A stretch of DNA of 64,000 nt from the NCBI GenBank assembly GCA_950097015.1, contig CATNEN010000038.1, positions 33,232,001 to 33,296,000 on the forward strand, in the 5' to 3' direction. A model generated the notes under the pieces. The model searched no databases and was not told the DNA's origin. It was given only the letters and a program-made list of their open reading frames with translations. Origin of the DNA: Macrostomum hystrix. Its lineage: Eukaryota; Animalia; Platyhelminthes. The position numbers and the translations under genes are program-made. Positions 22,512-36,047 of the stretch are shown piece after piece (within the stretch, counting starts at the first letter, position 1; each line of letters begins with the position of its first letter).

Positions 22512-22650
22512 TACAGAATATTTTGTAGGGACTAGAGATTTTAAGCTGACAGTGTTAAATTTTACTCAGAGATCGGATATACAGAATATTTTGTAGGGAC
22601 TAGAGATTTTAAGCTGACAGTGTTAAATTTTACTCAGAGATCGGATATAC
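22512..22650. repeat. Tandem duplication of ~68 bp
   Basis: TACAGAATATTTTGTAGG...GAGATCGGATA occurs twice back to back. Confidence 0.95.
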
Positions 22651-23613
22651 TCGATGTTAGTCAATCTCGTGCTGAAAGAGCAGTGATGCTGCAAATCGTA
22701 TATGGCTAAACTCACGATTGCTGAATCTTTTGTGACGACCTTCGGGTGGACTCTTGGGCTCTTCGAGCGTGCCGCTTTCCACATTTGCGTTTTACTCTAT
22801 TTGTGCTTGCCATTTTTAATTACTCGTAAGTGTACCTTTTTACATTGTTAGTCTGCCATATATTGATATCGTTTTTACATTCACGTTTAAATCACACATC
22901 AAATCATGGCTTTTAACTCGTTTTTTAATCACAGCTTTTATTTGCGGTTATTAAAATACGCATTCTTATTTGCTCCATCTACTTTCCGTGTCTTGCATTT
23001 GAGCGTAAAAACATTTAAGACTGACAGCATTTAGGTGTGACCACTTCCATTTCTAAATATTTCCGAATTTCTAAATACTCGAAAAACGATTTTGTTTTCT
23101 TTTGTTTTGTTTTGTGAAGCAATTCACAAATAAATCAGCTTTTTCTAACCCATTGAAATCCTCCCACAAACTTATCCCTTTGACAAACAATTTTGAGCGG
23201 TTGCTTTCTATGACTTCCCATTTTTGTACACTGTGGCAAAATTGTGATGGATGGAACTGATGGACTGTTTTATTTATTTTCATTCCGACTGTCGACGTAA
23301 TCAAGGGTATAGCCTGCAATAGTGTGCATATGTCACATGTCATATGTCATACATACATGTACATTGACAGCAACGAATACAGAGGCAGAACTATCCTCTC
23401 TATATTCTGAGAGAGCTAGGCTAGCTAGCTGCACTATAGCTTGAGTAGAAATTGGGCTGTGCTGAGAACAGGTGAGTGAGAGCTCTGAGAATTCAAGTTC
23501 ACGAGAATAGAAATGGTCTGCGCGATTGTTCAGAATCATGCAAAAACAGCTGCGCGTTTATTACGATATCGATCAGAATTTCTGCGCGCTTGTTCCGCAG
23601 AACTGTTCAGCGC

Positions 23614-24303
23614 GACAGTTAATGAAGTGTCCCGACAGCTAATGAAGTGTCCTGACAGTTAATGAAGTGTCCCGACAGCTAATGAAGTGTCCTGACAGTT
23701 AATGAAGTGTCCCGACAGCTAATGAAGTGTCCCGACAGTTAATGAAGTGTCCCGACAGCTAATGAAGTGTCCCGACAGCTAATGAAGTGTCCCGACAGTT
23801 AATGAAGTGTCCCGACAGCTAATGAAGTGTCCCGACAGTTAATGAAGTGTCCTGACAGTTAATGAAGTATCCTGACAGTTAATTGCTAGTGTATCATGAC
23901 AGTTAATGAAGTGTCCCGACAGCTAATGAAGTGTCCCGACAGCTAATGAAGTATCCTGACAGTTAATTGCTAGTGTATCATGACAGTTAATGAAGTGTCC
24001 CGACAGCTAATGAAGTATCCTGACAGTTAATTGCTAGTGTATCATGACAGTTAATGAAGTGTCCCGACAGCTAATGAAGTGTCCCGACAGTTAATGAAGT
24101 GTCCCGACAGCTAATGAAGTGTCCCGACAGTTAATTCGTGGTGTATCCCGACCTCTAATGAAGTGTCCCGACAGCTAATTCGTGGTGTATCCCGACCTCT
24201 AATGAAGTGTCCCGACAGCTAATGATGTGTCCCGACAGCTAATGAAGTATCCTGACAGTTAATTGCGAGCGTATCATGACAGTTAACTGAGGTTTCTGAC
24301 AGT
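23614..24303. repeat. Minisatellite, 20-bp unit GACAG(T/C)TAATGAAGTGTCCC with longer variants, ~33 copies
   Basis: Directly visible array. Confidence 0.96.
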
Positions 24304-25419
24304 TATCTGAGTAAAGTGAAGGTGATTTGGATTTTATACATTTTTGTGTTTATACATTTCTTATGTGTTGTCTATAGTTGTCGCAGTTGTCACAAGCCGC
24401 TAAAAATCACAAAAATAGGGAGTCAAGGAAATAATAAATGGGCACACAGCCGTAGAAATAATGTGCTCCAATACCTACTCAGTAGAAATAGGAGTAGTGT
24501 GTGAAGAAAATGTAGAAGTTCTATTCGTTCAATTAATTAAAGGCATCTAATGATATAAGAGAGAATCTGTCTATAGGAGAAAGTGTTAAAATCGGGCATG
24601 TGAAATTAGTTATTAATAAATCTCTGAACGAATTGTTAGTAGTTGGCTTGCTCCAATGATGTACAGCAATTCTGAAGGGGAAGAGCAATGTAACGTCGCA
24701 AAATAACGAAGAGTGTGAAGAAATAAGAAGTGATTTCTCTCTGAAAGAGTTACTAGTAGCTGACATGTTTCAGTGAATTAAGGTAACTCAGAAGGGGAGG
24801 TGAAGTTTTTCGCCGTGTTCCTGGATTGAAGTACAGAAGCCCAGAGAGTAGTAGACTCTGGGAGAGTCATTGACAAGTTGTAAAGTCATGACTAAGTGAT
24901 CAGTTCCAAAAGGCTGAGAAGGTGCAGTGCTGATCTGAGGGATCATATGTAGAGCCAGTATTGTGGAATTTTGTAAAGGCACAAAGGTTGCCTGAAGTGG
25001 CCTACCTGAAGAAAGACACACTGTGGCCTGATGATCAGATGAGGACTGTGTTGTGATGTAAATAGGCATTGTGGTTGCTTGAGAAAGCAGATAGAGGCCT
25101 GAAGCAAGAAGTGAAGAGGCACAGAAGATTGCCTGAAGAGGCCTATCTGAATAAGGGCGCTGTTATGGCCTGAAGTGTATTTAAGAGAGGCAAATGATGC
25201 CTAGAGAAATAAGGGGAGACTTCTGTGTGAAATCTGAGAAGGCACGGCCTGAGGATAATTAAATAAGAAATTATGTAAGCAGAGTAAATTGGTTAGAGAA
25301 GGCAGATAGTCAACATGAATAAATTAGGAAATTGAATAGCGCACGCATGCCAGTTAAATTAAGCGACAGATGGTCTAAAGCAAATATTACTGGTCACCTT
25401 TTTCAGTTGTAAGAATTAA

Positions 25420-25960
25420 TTAAAAATAGTGAGGTGACGAAGAAGAATATGTGACAACTGTGCGACATACTGTAAATAGTTGTGTAAACACGCCTTAAAC
25501 GTTGTGAAATTAGTATTAAATGTTGTCTTTGAATATTTCTGTTGTATAAACCGAAAGGAATATGTTATGCGTGCTACTGTGAGTAAACCTGAAAGCACAT
25601 CCAAGCTCAATATCCTCGCAATCATGAAAGGTGAGTGTGATGACGTAACCACTTTTCCATAAGGTTCAGTGCTAATTTGTTTCTGATTGCGGATTAAAAG
25701 CACTAAAATGCGATTATTTCATGAAATAATGAAGCTAGAAAAGTTATTCAAAATCAGCAATAATCTACGGAAAGAAATCTTTAAAAGGACACCAACCTGG
25801 TTAGAACAGGTTGAGAATTGCTCATAAAATTTTAAGTCTCCAGTTAAGGGATAAATTTCAAGTGTCAAAAGTAAGAGGTAGGGCGTGGAAGACCTTTGAA
25901 TAGGTCCAGTTTTTGGCCCAGGTGGACCCCTGGAGAGACATGTGCTAAAAGGCAATCAAG
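25420..25960 (-). mobile_element. Possible highly decayed CR1/L2-type LINE ORF2 3' end
   Basis: Minus-strand fragments WCP...IIADFE and FKACLHNYL resemble LINE ORF2 C-termini; heavily disrupted. Confidence 0.3.
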
Positions 25961-27309
25961 CAAAATTACGCTCTAAGAATGAACAACGGCAAAGGAAGCG
26001 AGCAGCAAGAACCTGACTGAATGAATATGTTTCATTATTTCCTGACATTTTGCACTTTTGTGTGTATTTCTATGCTGACACGTTTGAAGATCATTCAGCA
26101 AGAATTTCATGTCATTGTAATTTTGATTTCCTTCTGCTTTGCTTTGTAAGTTTGTATCTTCTCTTGCTTTCTTTTAATTTTTATCATTGCACCGAAGACT
26201 CTAAAATATAAGCTTCTCACTGCAGGTTTTTTCTGTCTGGACTCTGACATTGCGAGTCCTGAAGTTCTCGAGTTAACATGCAGGTGACCAATTTGCATCA
26301 TATGAAGAAATATATAGTGGTTTCACGTTAGCTTTTATTTTTATTTTATTGGATCTCAGCACCCATGGCTGATTCGGGATTTGGTACCAATCACGTGCAT
26401 AATTACAAGCACAGCTTCATTTGCATCCCAAACATATCTAGTGTATCTATTCAATATGCACATAAACATATGAAACATATTAAGGCTTACCAAGTTTACT
26501 CTTTAACTTGCCCAACTTGCTACTACTTAGTAAGTAATTGGGTAGTACTTGCAAGTACTTGCTAAGCATAGTAACATGACTTAATAAAACTTAGCAAGTG
26601 AAGTGTGATTTTTCCCCCGGCGGTATGGCCTGCAGTCGGCAGCTCACAGTACATCCGGATCTAAGACGGCAATTGGCTAGCAATGGAACTTAGCCAAAAA
26701 TCAGGTCGCCGCAGCAAGTGAGGAGCCGCCAATTCAGCAGCAACAGCCTCCAGCAGGCTGCAGGCAACGACACAACGGACTTCAGGCGAGTTACTAGAGC
26801 GCTCATCATCCAGCACGGCGTCCCAATTGAGCGGAGCCGGTATGCTCTGGTGCAGTACCTGCTGAGGATCGCCTTCTTACGGACAGACGAGGCCCTGCCG
26901 CAACGAGCCCAAGTGTGGCCGCCATCCGGGTCCTGCGGGAGCGCCTGTTGTGGGCCAATGCCATGGCAATCCTGCAGGATATCTGCACTACAGTCAGGCG
27001 AGCCATCGTTGCGGATGGTTGGGCAGCATTTTGGCGCCTTCTGGTGATCAAAGTCTGATGGGTGAGCCAGCAGCTCGGCTGGCCATTCTATTGGGAGCTG
27101 CCGGAACAGTGTGATTTTGAGTAATTGCCTGCTTTTAGACTTTAATAGACTGTAGTACAACTTTTTGGGTACAAAATACATTTTTTTGCAAGTGTTATTT
27201 TTCTTTCTGAGTGTTTTATTTTTCTGCGTTGTGTTTTGATGTTGTAATTGTTGTAAAAAATATCACTCATATTTTCTGTTCCATTTTTTTTTAGAGAAGG
27301 CAGGTTGAG

Positions 27310-27873
27310 ACAGTCCAAAATTATTTTTGCGCTATACAGTATCTCTTAATTATTTTTTTCTGCGTGATACATATTATATATGTATATATTACAAATATTT
27401 TTTTATTTAATTAAAATACAGTGTTAAAATTAAAACAAATCTTAAAAACACTATATAAGTGAGAAATTTTGCAACTAGAAATACAACCTGCCAGTGAGCC
27501 ACGAAAGGCAACAACTGAGTACCACCCTTTGAATAAGTGAAATTGTTGTGTTATTTAATAAGGAGATATTGTCTAGTGTGGAGATAAGACAAAGATTGAG
27601 ACTGTGACCCTCTGATCCTGGAGAAACGCCCAGCAAAGACTGGAGAATAAGAGACCTAGTGCCTTAGAAGGATAAACTGCTCGTGCCAGTGCAAAAGCGC
27701 TACCTTAAGGGAAGCTCACAATGTAAGAGTTGTAGAGTTAAAACGGCCCTTTTCAGGGTCACCAAGATAAGATTTAAAGGAGAATAAAAAGAATTAGAGA
27801 GAGAAATAAGTAACAAGGGAGGCCAGAAGAATACACTACCAAGAGAGAGAAAAGTAGAGTGATAAGCCCTGTT
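27310..27873 (+). repeat. Interspersed repeat, copy 1 (inverted copy at 63132-63719); contains a histone-type stem-loop
   Basis: About 560 bp collinear with the reverse complement of 63132-63719. Confidence 0.9.
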
Positions 27874-29005
27874 ACACTTGGTGCTCCCCACACTCAATAC
27901 TCAATATAAAAAGAACTTTTGAAAATAAAGTTGTTTATGCATCTTTTCTCTTTATATTTCATTTTGTGAGACACTAAACTACCATATTTAGAATTAAGAA
28001 AGACAGCCTATCTGGCAAAATCAAGAAATATAAACATATGCAGTGTAAGAATTACATACCCAGTTTATGAAGTATAACTAAGTCACTAGACAAAGGGAGT
28101 TAAGAATTATTTCTAGAGTCAATTTAAGGGATATACAAAGTGAGCCTTTAATTAGAAAAAGCCCTATATCTTATAATAATATAATATAGTATAATATAAC
28201 TAACAAAACAGTTCTGCTATATATATAGAAATATAATATAGCAGAACTGTTTTGTAAGTAAATGAGATTAATTTACTCGTGTTCGTGTGCAGACGAGTTT
28301 CCAAAAAATATTTCTAAAAGATGCAGCTTAGGCCCTAGTTTAAGTTGAAGGTACAAAGCTGTTAACTTGCCATTATTGTGCTGCCACTACCAGTACTGCC
28401 GTACTGATATTTATATTTTACTATATTACTTGGTGTCTTCTTTGACCACATTGTTTTATTTTGCAGGCTTGCAGGCTTGCTGTAGCATACTAACTTCGTT
28501 ACCAACATGAAATCATATGTTGTGAAAATAAGTTTCTTGTCTGAACATCTTAGGAGTCAGCAGCCTATTTAGTTATCTTCATGTTCGGACTGCGCGCAAG
28601 TGTAGAAAATGTAATAGTCAAAGGCCGCGTTTAAATCTCGTGCACCATCGAACCTCCGTGCAAACTGACGAATCAGCGCGAACTCTTATCGATTGAGTAG
28701 TAGTAGTAGAGTGTTGGCTCAGGCAAGCAGCCAGTTTTTCCAATATTGAGCAAGTGTATTTGTTAAATTTCGAGTGATTTATTGTAACTAAGTTAGCAAC
28801 TAGTGACTGATATAAAATCTGAATCGCCGAAAACGCGTATATGGGTGCGCATTTTTAAATTACTTCGAAATAGGATAACGAGTATAAAACGAGAAAAGAG
28901 GTAATAGCACGATTTAAAAAACTACAAGTTTCATGTTTGCGAAAATTATTTAAAATACGATGAGGCACGACGGACAAAATTCAAATAGAATGACCGACTT
29001 ACGCA

Positions 29006-29743
29006 CAGTGGTGAAGCTAGGATTTTAAAATGAGGGGATAAAAAGGGGGCAATAATTAAACAATATCTTTTTTGTGTCAGCAAAAACGCAAGCTAACTTT
29101 AGTAAAGATAATTGTTGTTGTTAAAACGAAAGAGCTTAAATACTTTCAGCTAGCGGATCAGCCTGGTTAAGAGGCTCTGCCGCAGAATGTTTGTATTTTG
29201 GCACCATGCCAAGGTTAGCGCGAGTTTTTTAATTGTGATTTGTATTGATTTAATAAAACTAAGAACTATAATGCATTAAAATATTTACAAGGGTCATAAA
29301 AAACTCAAGAAAATCCCGCACAAAGAAAGGATATGATAAAACGGGGAAATCTAAAACAATGCATAGATAGTAATTAATGCATTGTAAAGTTGATGCAAAG
29401 TAAAGATAATTAATTCAGATCAAAGTTTTAAAAAGTCTTGACGCCATAAAGCAGCAGGCTAAACAATTATTATGAAGTGAAGTGATACCTTATAATTACA
29501 ATTGCAACTTAACCCCATCCATGTACATCTGAATCTGATCAATCGTCATTCGTCATCATGCAATTTGCTTCGCTGATTCGCTTAAACAAAAACTGGCGTA
29601 TTTTACTGAAGATTTATAGACGTCATCGATGAGAGAGCCATATTTATGATATGCATATAAATTTTTCTATCCTTCGCATTCTTGATAAGTTAGCAAAATG
29701 GGGGGGATATATATCCCCGTACCCCCCATAGCTACGCTAACTG
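29006..29743. mobile_element. Non-autonomous hAT element
   Basis: Imperfect TIRs CAGTGGTGAAGCTA / TAGCTACGCTAACTG and a perfect 8-bp TSD CTTACGCA (28998-29005, 29744-29751). Confidence 0.85.
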
Positions 29744-31689
29744 CTTACGCACAAATCAAACTTAATTCGTAAGTTTTTCACAGTGAGTTTTCTAATAGAA
29801 TTTTTTCATCACATAAAACTAATTTTCTTATCCGTAAAAGTAAACGGTTGCTTAAGTTGCAATAAGTTGCTTATTAAACTAGGCAACGCTGGTGTCGGCT
29901 GTAGAGCAAGGCCGGGGCAACACTATAGCCGCAGCAGCCATCCTGCACTGCAAGTGCCGATTGCAACTGCGTATAGAATGCGAGCATAAACGCAGGAAGG
30001 AAGGGTTTAGGCGCTACCAGGAGGTGGTAAAAAGGAGAGCAAATGCAAATTGGACGAGGAGATGAAGGGCTGCACCTTCTTCAGAACAATTAGCTGGAGC
30101 AAAACCCGTTTTCCACCTTAAGTGACCTGCGCTACACGAAGAGCTCCCACAAAAGCCCCAGGTCAGCAGCAAAAACTGTGGATAGGATGCTGCATGCACG
30201 GAATGATATATTCAGTGAAGCTGGCGACCATGGGAACAGATGTGAGCCTAGCAACTAGCAACAATGAAAACCTGCAGCCCGGAGAGAGTACGCGGATTTT
30301 ATGCTACATCTGGATGCTGCAGTTCACACCGTCTACCTTGATGAGACGGCATTCAACCTTTGGCTAAGGCGCTATAGCGCTTCAAGATTATAGAATACAG
30401 CTTCTCTTGATGTCTCACTCTTCTTCGTTCGATCTTTAGTCAAAGCTGTGGTACGGGTCTTCGGCGAAGTATAGTAGTCTAGCGGTGTATTGGCAGTCTC
30501 GATGACTTGAAGGCTATAACTAAGTACGACTATCGACTCTTTCAAGTAAGGCTAATGCATGATCTATAACTATTTTAGATCCGCAACTTCGGCGATCAAT
30601 ATTTATATATATAAAATTAACGCGGAAAACAATGTTTTATGGATTAAATTGCAATACTAACGGAGCTCGATTCTAGCTCTCAAAAATCCGCGGCGGCGGC
30701 GGGTAGCTCCCGCGCCCCGCTCCATCTTATATAATTTGTTCAATCCGCTCCTTTCCGAGGGGGCGGTAAAGACTTATCAACAGAGCGCAAGCGGTTTTTG
30801 AGTTTAGCGGCTTTAGTGGCTCTAATACTTGGTTGGCAGGCACCGCGCTAACCCCCTGTCCTGTACATGTGGGGCAAAGGCCTAAAAACGCATTGGTTGA
30901 GTTGGGAAGAGTTCCCGCTTCTACGGAGTCCCCTTTCCCTAGCGTCCATTGTCCCCGTCCCTTCGTTGATCAGGTCTTCTTGTGCGAATCCAGCAGCCCC
31001 GGCTCGGTGGAAGACGGGTGTGACTTCGAAGCTACGGACATGAGCTCACCAAGCAGCAGCATCATATCCAATACAAGTCGGCGCACCCACTCGGCAATGC
31101 TCGTTGTATATGACATCGGCTACACGTCATCCACAAGTTCATCATACGCCATCTTAACCGTCGGCCCCACCAAGGCCGACATATCCGATTGCTGCACAGC
31201 TTGCTACGCATCAATATAGCCAACCTATGTTGCAGCTCCCAGTGCCAATGCCGCATGTCTGCATTCATGAGCCGATTTCCCGGACTTGGGGAGTATGGCA
31301 AGATAGCCACACTAAGCGCATATCGAGGACCTGCATTTTCCTCGTATGCGTCTGGTTTGATCAACCATGTATGCGATATGTACTTCTCCCCTTTGGGGGG
31401 GGGAGAAGTGTAGGCGGCGCCAGCCGTCACGCGTGCGTGGGGTTGGCGGCGTTCTGCGTCTTTCTCTCTGCCACCTTTCTACCCCCCTTGGCACGCACGT
31501 TAACTGATGCACGGGGTGCGGCTTTAGCCGCCACCCCAGCTCAACTCGGCTGTTATAAAATATACTGAATCGCATTGAAATCGCTCTTGTGACATTTCGG
31601 CTATCGACTACAAACAGTCGCATTTCTCAGTTCCTACAGTCTGCCTGCTGGTTCTTATCTAGACTATCTACCTGGCGTTCGTTATGAAG

Positions 31690-32490
31690 AGCTCGTGCAG
31701 TTTCTGAGAGCACGACACGGTGGAGCAAAAAGCACAGCATTGATCCGGCTTGAGCTTCGCAGTCGCTACCGTGGAAAAGAAGAAACTTTTGAGCAGCTTC
31801 TCACTGCCTTTCAGCGCCCGGCCATGAAGGCATTGCCGGATCCAGGAGCCCACGAATTTCAGCAGCAGGCAGTACTAGACCAGTTTGTGCGAGGTCTGAA
31901 CGACCCTATGTAACAGAAAAGCTGCTTAACATGCATGACGACACTAATCGCAACGTCAGAGCAAGCTCTACAAGTGGCTCAGCAGCTAACAGAAAGCCAT
32001 CAGTTTAATTGCAATGCTGATGTTACATGGCAAACCATGCAGGTGCAGCGCATTCTACTTAATTCAATAGCAGAACGTGCGGCGGCAGCCACACGAACAT
32101 CAGCATGCGCCGATGAAGAGCCATATTATATATGGTAGTCCAGTGCCTGCCTGGGGACCGCCAGCTGGTCAACAGCTACCACATATGAGAACTCAATCTG
32201 CACTGCAAACGCCTCAGCGACCCGCTCCATGCAGTCTCTGCTTTAGCTGCAATCAGCCAGGTCACATGCGCACAAACTGCCCCAAACGCCAGGGGGCTGG
32301 TCCGTAGGGCCAGTACCGGCCCTCTCAGTACTAAGAAGTACTACTGCCCCAGCCCCACGCCTTGGCTGCCAGCCCGAGCAAGTGTGCGGTTCGTCACCTA
32401 ACGCGTTTTCAAAAGGCGCTGACCGTGCATGTCGACACCGTTGCAGTGATGTCATGCATCAGCAGCGACATCGTGCGGTCTGGTACAAAG
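31690..32490 (+). mobile_element. Ty3/gypsy gag-protease remnant
   Basis: Gag-like LELRSR...ETFEQL...DQFVRGL, zinc knuckle CFSCNQPGHMRTNC, and a degenerate protease motif VDTVAVMSCIS. Confidence 0.75.
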
Positions 32491-32509
32491 CATCAAACCA
32501 AGGGATCCG

Positions 32510-34920
32510 AGGTAAAATGATGAAATAAATTAAAAACACGCATGAAAATGCCTGCTTCCTCATAGAATCACAAGGAGAACTCTCTGACGCCATCCCAATC
32601 TCTAAAGGAGTACTTCAAGGTAACCCAATATCTCATGTCCTCTTTGAACAATTTACATTAATATGGCATTGTTGATTATCTAGAGGTAACCAAACTCCAG
32701 CCAAGCATTTCAAAGTTCTTCATACTCTCAATCCCATTTTTCGCTGATGACCAAGCAGTACTAGCCAAAACCAAAAGGGACCTACAATTAAGATGTCTTC
32801 AGAAATAGGGAAACATACTGCAAACAAAACTTCTTAAAAGTAAACACCAGCAAAACTCAGTTCATGCAAGCGTGTCCGGATAAACAAAACCTAGAACTGA
32901 AAATTAATCAGAACGACCTAATCGAACCGATCCTATATGGTGAAAAACCAATAGAAGAAGTGCAAGAGAAGCAATGCCTCTCGGCAATGTTCTCTCTTCT
33001 TCATAAAGTAAAAGACACATCGCTCGACATCTTGCTCATCCGTAGACTCTTCCGCTCCCTCGTGCTACCAGTTATCTCCTATATGGATGTGAAATTTGGG
33101 GGCCTCTTGCAAACCTTACTGAGTTAAAGGAACTTGACAGCATCGAATTTAAATTTTACAAACATCTTCTCAACCTGCCAAGACACACTACTAGTAACAT
33201 CGTCCTGCAAACTGAGGCATCTCACCACCGCTATGTAGTGTCAGCTTGTTTGCCCGTGTTATTATTCAGTACTTATTTTTAGACACGTGTACGTATTTTG
33301 CTAAGAGTTCACCCACGCCAAGCCGGGCCGGACCAGCTGGGGGAACGGACGCCCACCACGCCGCGAGCGCTACCCCTGGGCTACGGTCCCGACCAATCAG
33401 CGAGCGACCCGGCCTCACTACCTGTCTACCCTCGGCAAGAAGCGACCCCGGGGCTCAGAACGGCGGTCGCAAGTCTACTGCGATTTGTCGCCTTGGCTCA
33501 AGCTACAGCCAGGCATCCACCTCGCCGATCGACCTAATTTGGGGTTAAAATGACTCTATATAACGAAGCGTGTTTTTGTAGTCCAAATTATCTCTCTTTT
33601 CTCCGCAATTCGCCTCACACTGTGAGAAGCACGTGCAAACTAGTCCACTTGTTTTGTCCCTCCCCGCCCGACCACGCTCCGCTTGTTCAGTTAGGTAGCT
33701 TTCGGCGCTACGCGTCTTGAGAGTGCGCCGCTGACAAGGGTGGTCTAGATAGGCGCTTGTTGTCGAAGTCAGTACGTGCTCTCTTCGGAGACTCCGCCGT
33801 CAGGCAGAAGGAGTGCCAACCGATAGGATCTGTCGGGGCAGCGCTGAAAGCAGAGACAACCGGAGCCTCTCGGGAAGAGTAGGGCGCGGATTAGGCCAGT
33901 TAAGTAAAAATTGTTATATCCAAATTGTTAGAACAGACTTGCTTCTCACTGTGAGCACGCTATAATTTATTTCCGTGCGAACATCTATCTGTCAGTATAA
34001 CTTTTAAGTCAAGTAAACTATATTCAAAGTAATTCCTATTCGTATCTGGAATCTTAGTCACAGCCAATTAACTCACTCCTAATCAAATTATTCGAGTCTT
34101 CGCGTTCATACTGTGTTATTCTTTTTCATTGGGAGTTTCGCCGGGCCGGAGGACGACACGGGTCTCATCATATCGCTTATCTATTCCGCTTCGCTCGCTA
34201 CCATGTCTCTAACGCTATTTAATTCCAGATTCCCTGCTGCTATTATAGGACACCGACCCCGGTGAATAGTGAATAGTCGCTAGCTTTAAATTCCTCACGC
34301 TCCAGCTAGGACATTCATTTTATTACAGCTATATCGTGCTCTATTACTAAAAGCTACCTAATTCTACAGCTGGCTGAAGATTCGACACAAAAAACTAAAC
34401 CATGAACTTTCGAAATCTTTGAATCAAACCCTGCACCAATCCAAACATTCCCTGGAAAATTAACACTCAAATGAAACTCCAAAGCTTGAATTTGGCACAC
34501 ATTTCTTCCACTAGCCCAACAAAGAGCTTTTGCGAAGAAAAAAAGATACTTAAAGAAGAGCTATAACAATATCCTAAATAACTAATCTATCGAAAAATTT
34601 ACAGACCAGAAATATACAACAAATACTTCCCCCTGCGTTTTCCGCGGAACAAAAAGCTCTTAGAAACCCTTAAGTTTATCCAAGACTCGTGTAGGCTCTG
34701 TGGTATCTGGAGAAATAATCTGGAGAAAGATTATGGTAACGATCATCTTTCACTACGTGACCGAATGTACGATGAAATGCAAAGCATTAGAAGAAAGTTC
34801 TTCGGCAAAGAAACACGTACTGCAGAGCATGCAACACTTCTATAGGCTTGGATACGCTGTTAACGATGATATAGAATTAAAGAACTCAGAGCTATTCACG
34901 AGATTTACAAAACCTTGAAT
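32510..34920 (+). mobile_element. Decayed non-LTR retrotransposon ORF2 (RT to C-terminus), interrupted by a solo LTR
   Basis: SDAIPISKGVLQG..IS..LF, FFADDQ and C-terminal HYVTEC; the sequence resumes after 34331. Confidence 0.75.
33234..34327. mobile_element. Solo LTR (~1.1 kb), gypsy-like
   Basis: TGTAGT...ATTACA termini and a 4-bp TSD GCTA (33230-33233, 34328-34331); non-coding insert within the LINE. Confidence 0.78.
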
Positions 34921-35111
34921 AACTTGAGCTAAAATCACATCCAACTGATCTGCTCTTGCCTTTCTCAAATATGAAACTGCGAAAATGCGCGTACTTCACT
35001 GGACTGAATAATATAACTTTTTTTTCCTTTTTTCGCTGACTCTCTGAGCTTTCAATACTAGTTTGGCGTATTTTACACTAGATTTTCAATCCTATATATT
35101 TATTTCATCTA

Positions 35112-36047
35112 CGAGGGGCGATCAAAAAGTTCTGCAGCAACCAACTGTCCTGTAGCCACTTCTGCTGCACCAAATAAAGTGAAATTTGCTGGAGTTGTTC
35201 AAAATTTTGTTTTCTCCTTCCTTGTAGAGTTTCAGTTGATTTCGAAAATCAGTTTCAGTTTTACTGGACACCAACCAACTCCAGTTTTCAGCCTGTACAT
35301 GGAATCGTCAAAAGACAACATTCGCTTCTACATCTATATGCGCATGCATCTGGGGAAAAAAGCTGTGGAAATTCACAGCGACTTAGTTTCAGTGTTGGCT
35401 GAAGCTGCACCGTCATTTGACACTGTCGCACGCTGGATGCACCACTTTACCGATGGACGAACGAGCTCCAAAGACGAGAGTAAGTCTGGACGACCCCGGA
35501 CATCCGTGACCAAGGTATCAGTGGCCCGCGCGGACACAATTGTGCGCGAGGATTGCGGTGTGACACTGAGATTCCTTGCCTACGAGTTCGGTGTCAACTA
35601 TGGAAGCGCCCACACCATCATGCATGAGCAGCTGGGCCGCTCCAAGACCTGCGCCCGCTGGGTGCCGCACCTGCTCACAATGGAACAGTGCGCTGAGCGC
35701 GTGCAAATCTGCCGCCTGTGGCTGGAGCTGTTCGAACCAAATGGTCCAAGAAGGCTGTCTGACGACGTGACAGGAGACGTGTTGGATTTCCTTCTTCACG
35801 ATGAAGGACAAGCAGTCCAAACATGGTCTTTTCTCGCATTCAGGACCTGGCACGAGCAGTCAAACAGAACTCGAGAGACTACCAACATCAGAGTACCTCA
35901 GCTGCTTCCAGGCCTGGCGGATGCGAATGCAACGGTGCATTGAAGCTGAGGGGAAGTACTTTGAGGGAATGCGACACTGAATGTGTGCTCCAGTTTTCTC
36001 TGGACTTTGTAATAACGCAGCTTGCAGAACTTTTTGATCGCCCCTCG
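35112..36047 (+). mobile_element. Internally deleted mariner element
   Basis: Perfect 25-bp TIRs CGAGGGGCGATCAAAAAGTTCTGCA with TA flanks. Transposase remnant from 35299 has the HTH, SGRP, RWVPHLLT, VTGD and C-terminal RC...EGKYFE; most of the catalytic domain is missing. Confidence 0.95.

Noticed and set aside
28696-28710. AGTAGTAGTAGTAG as a Polinton terminus
   Set aside because: It faces away from the element, lies 7 kb from the last viral gene, and has no inverted partner or 6-bp TSD.
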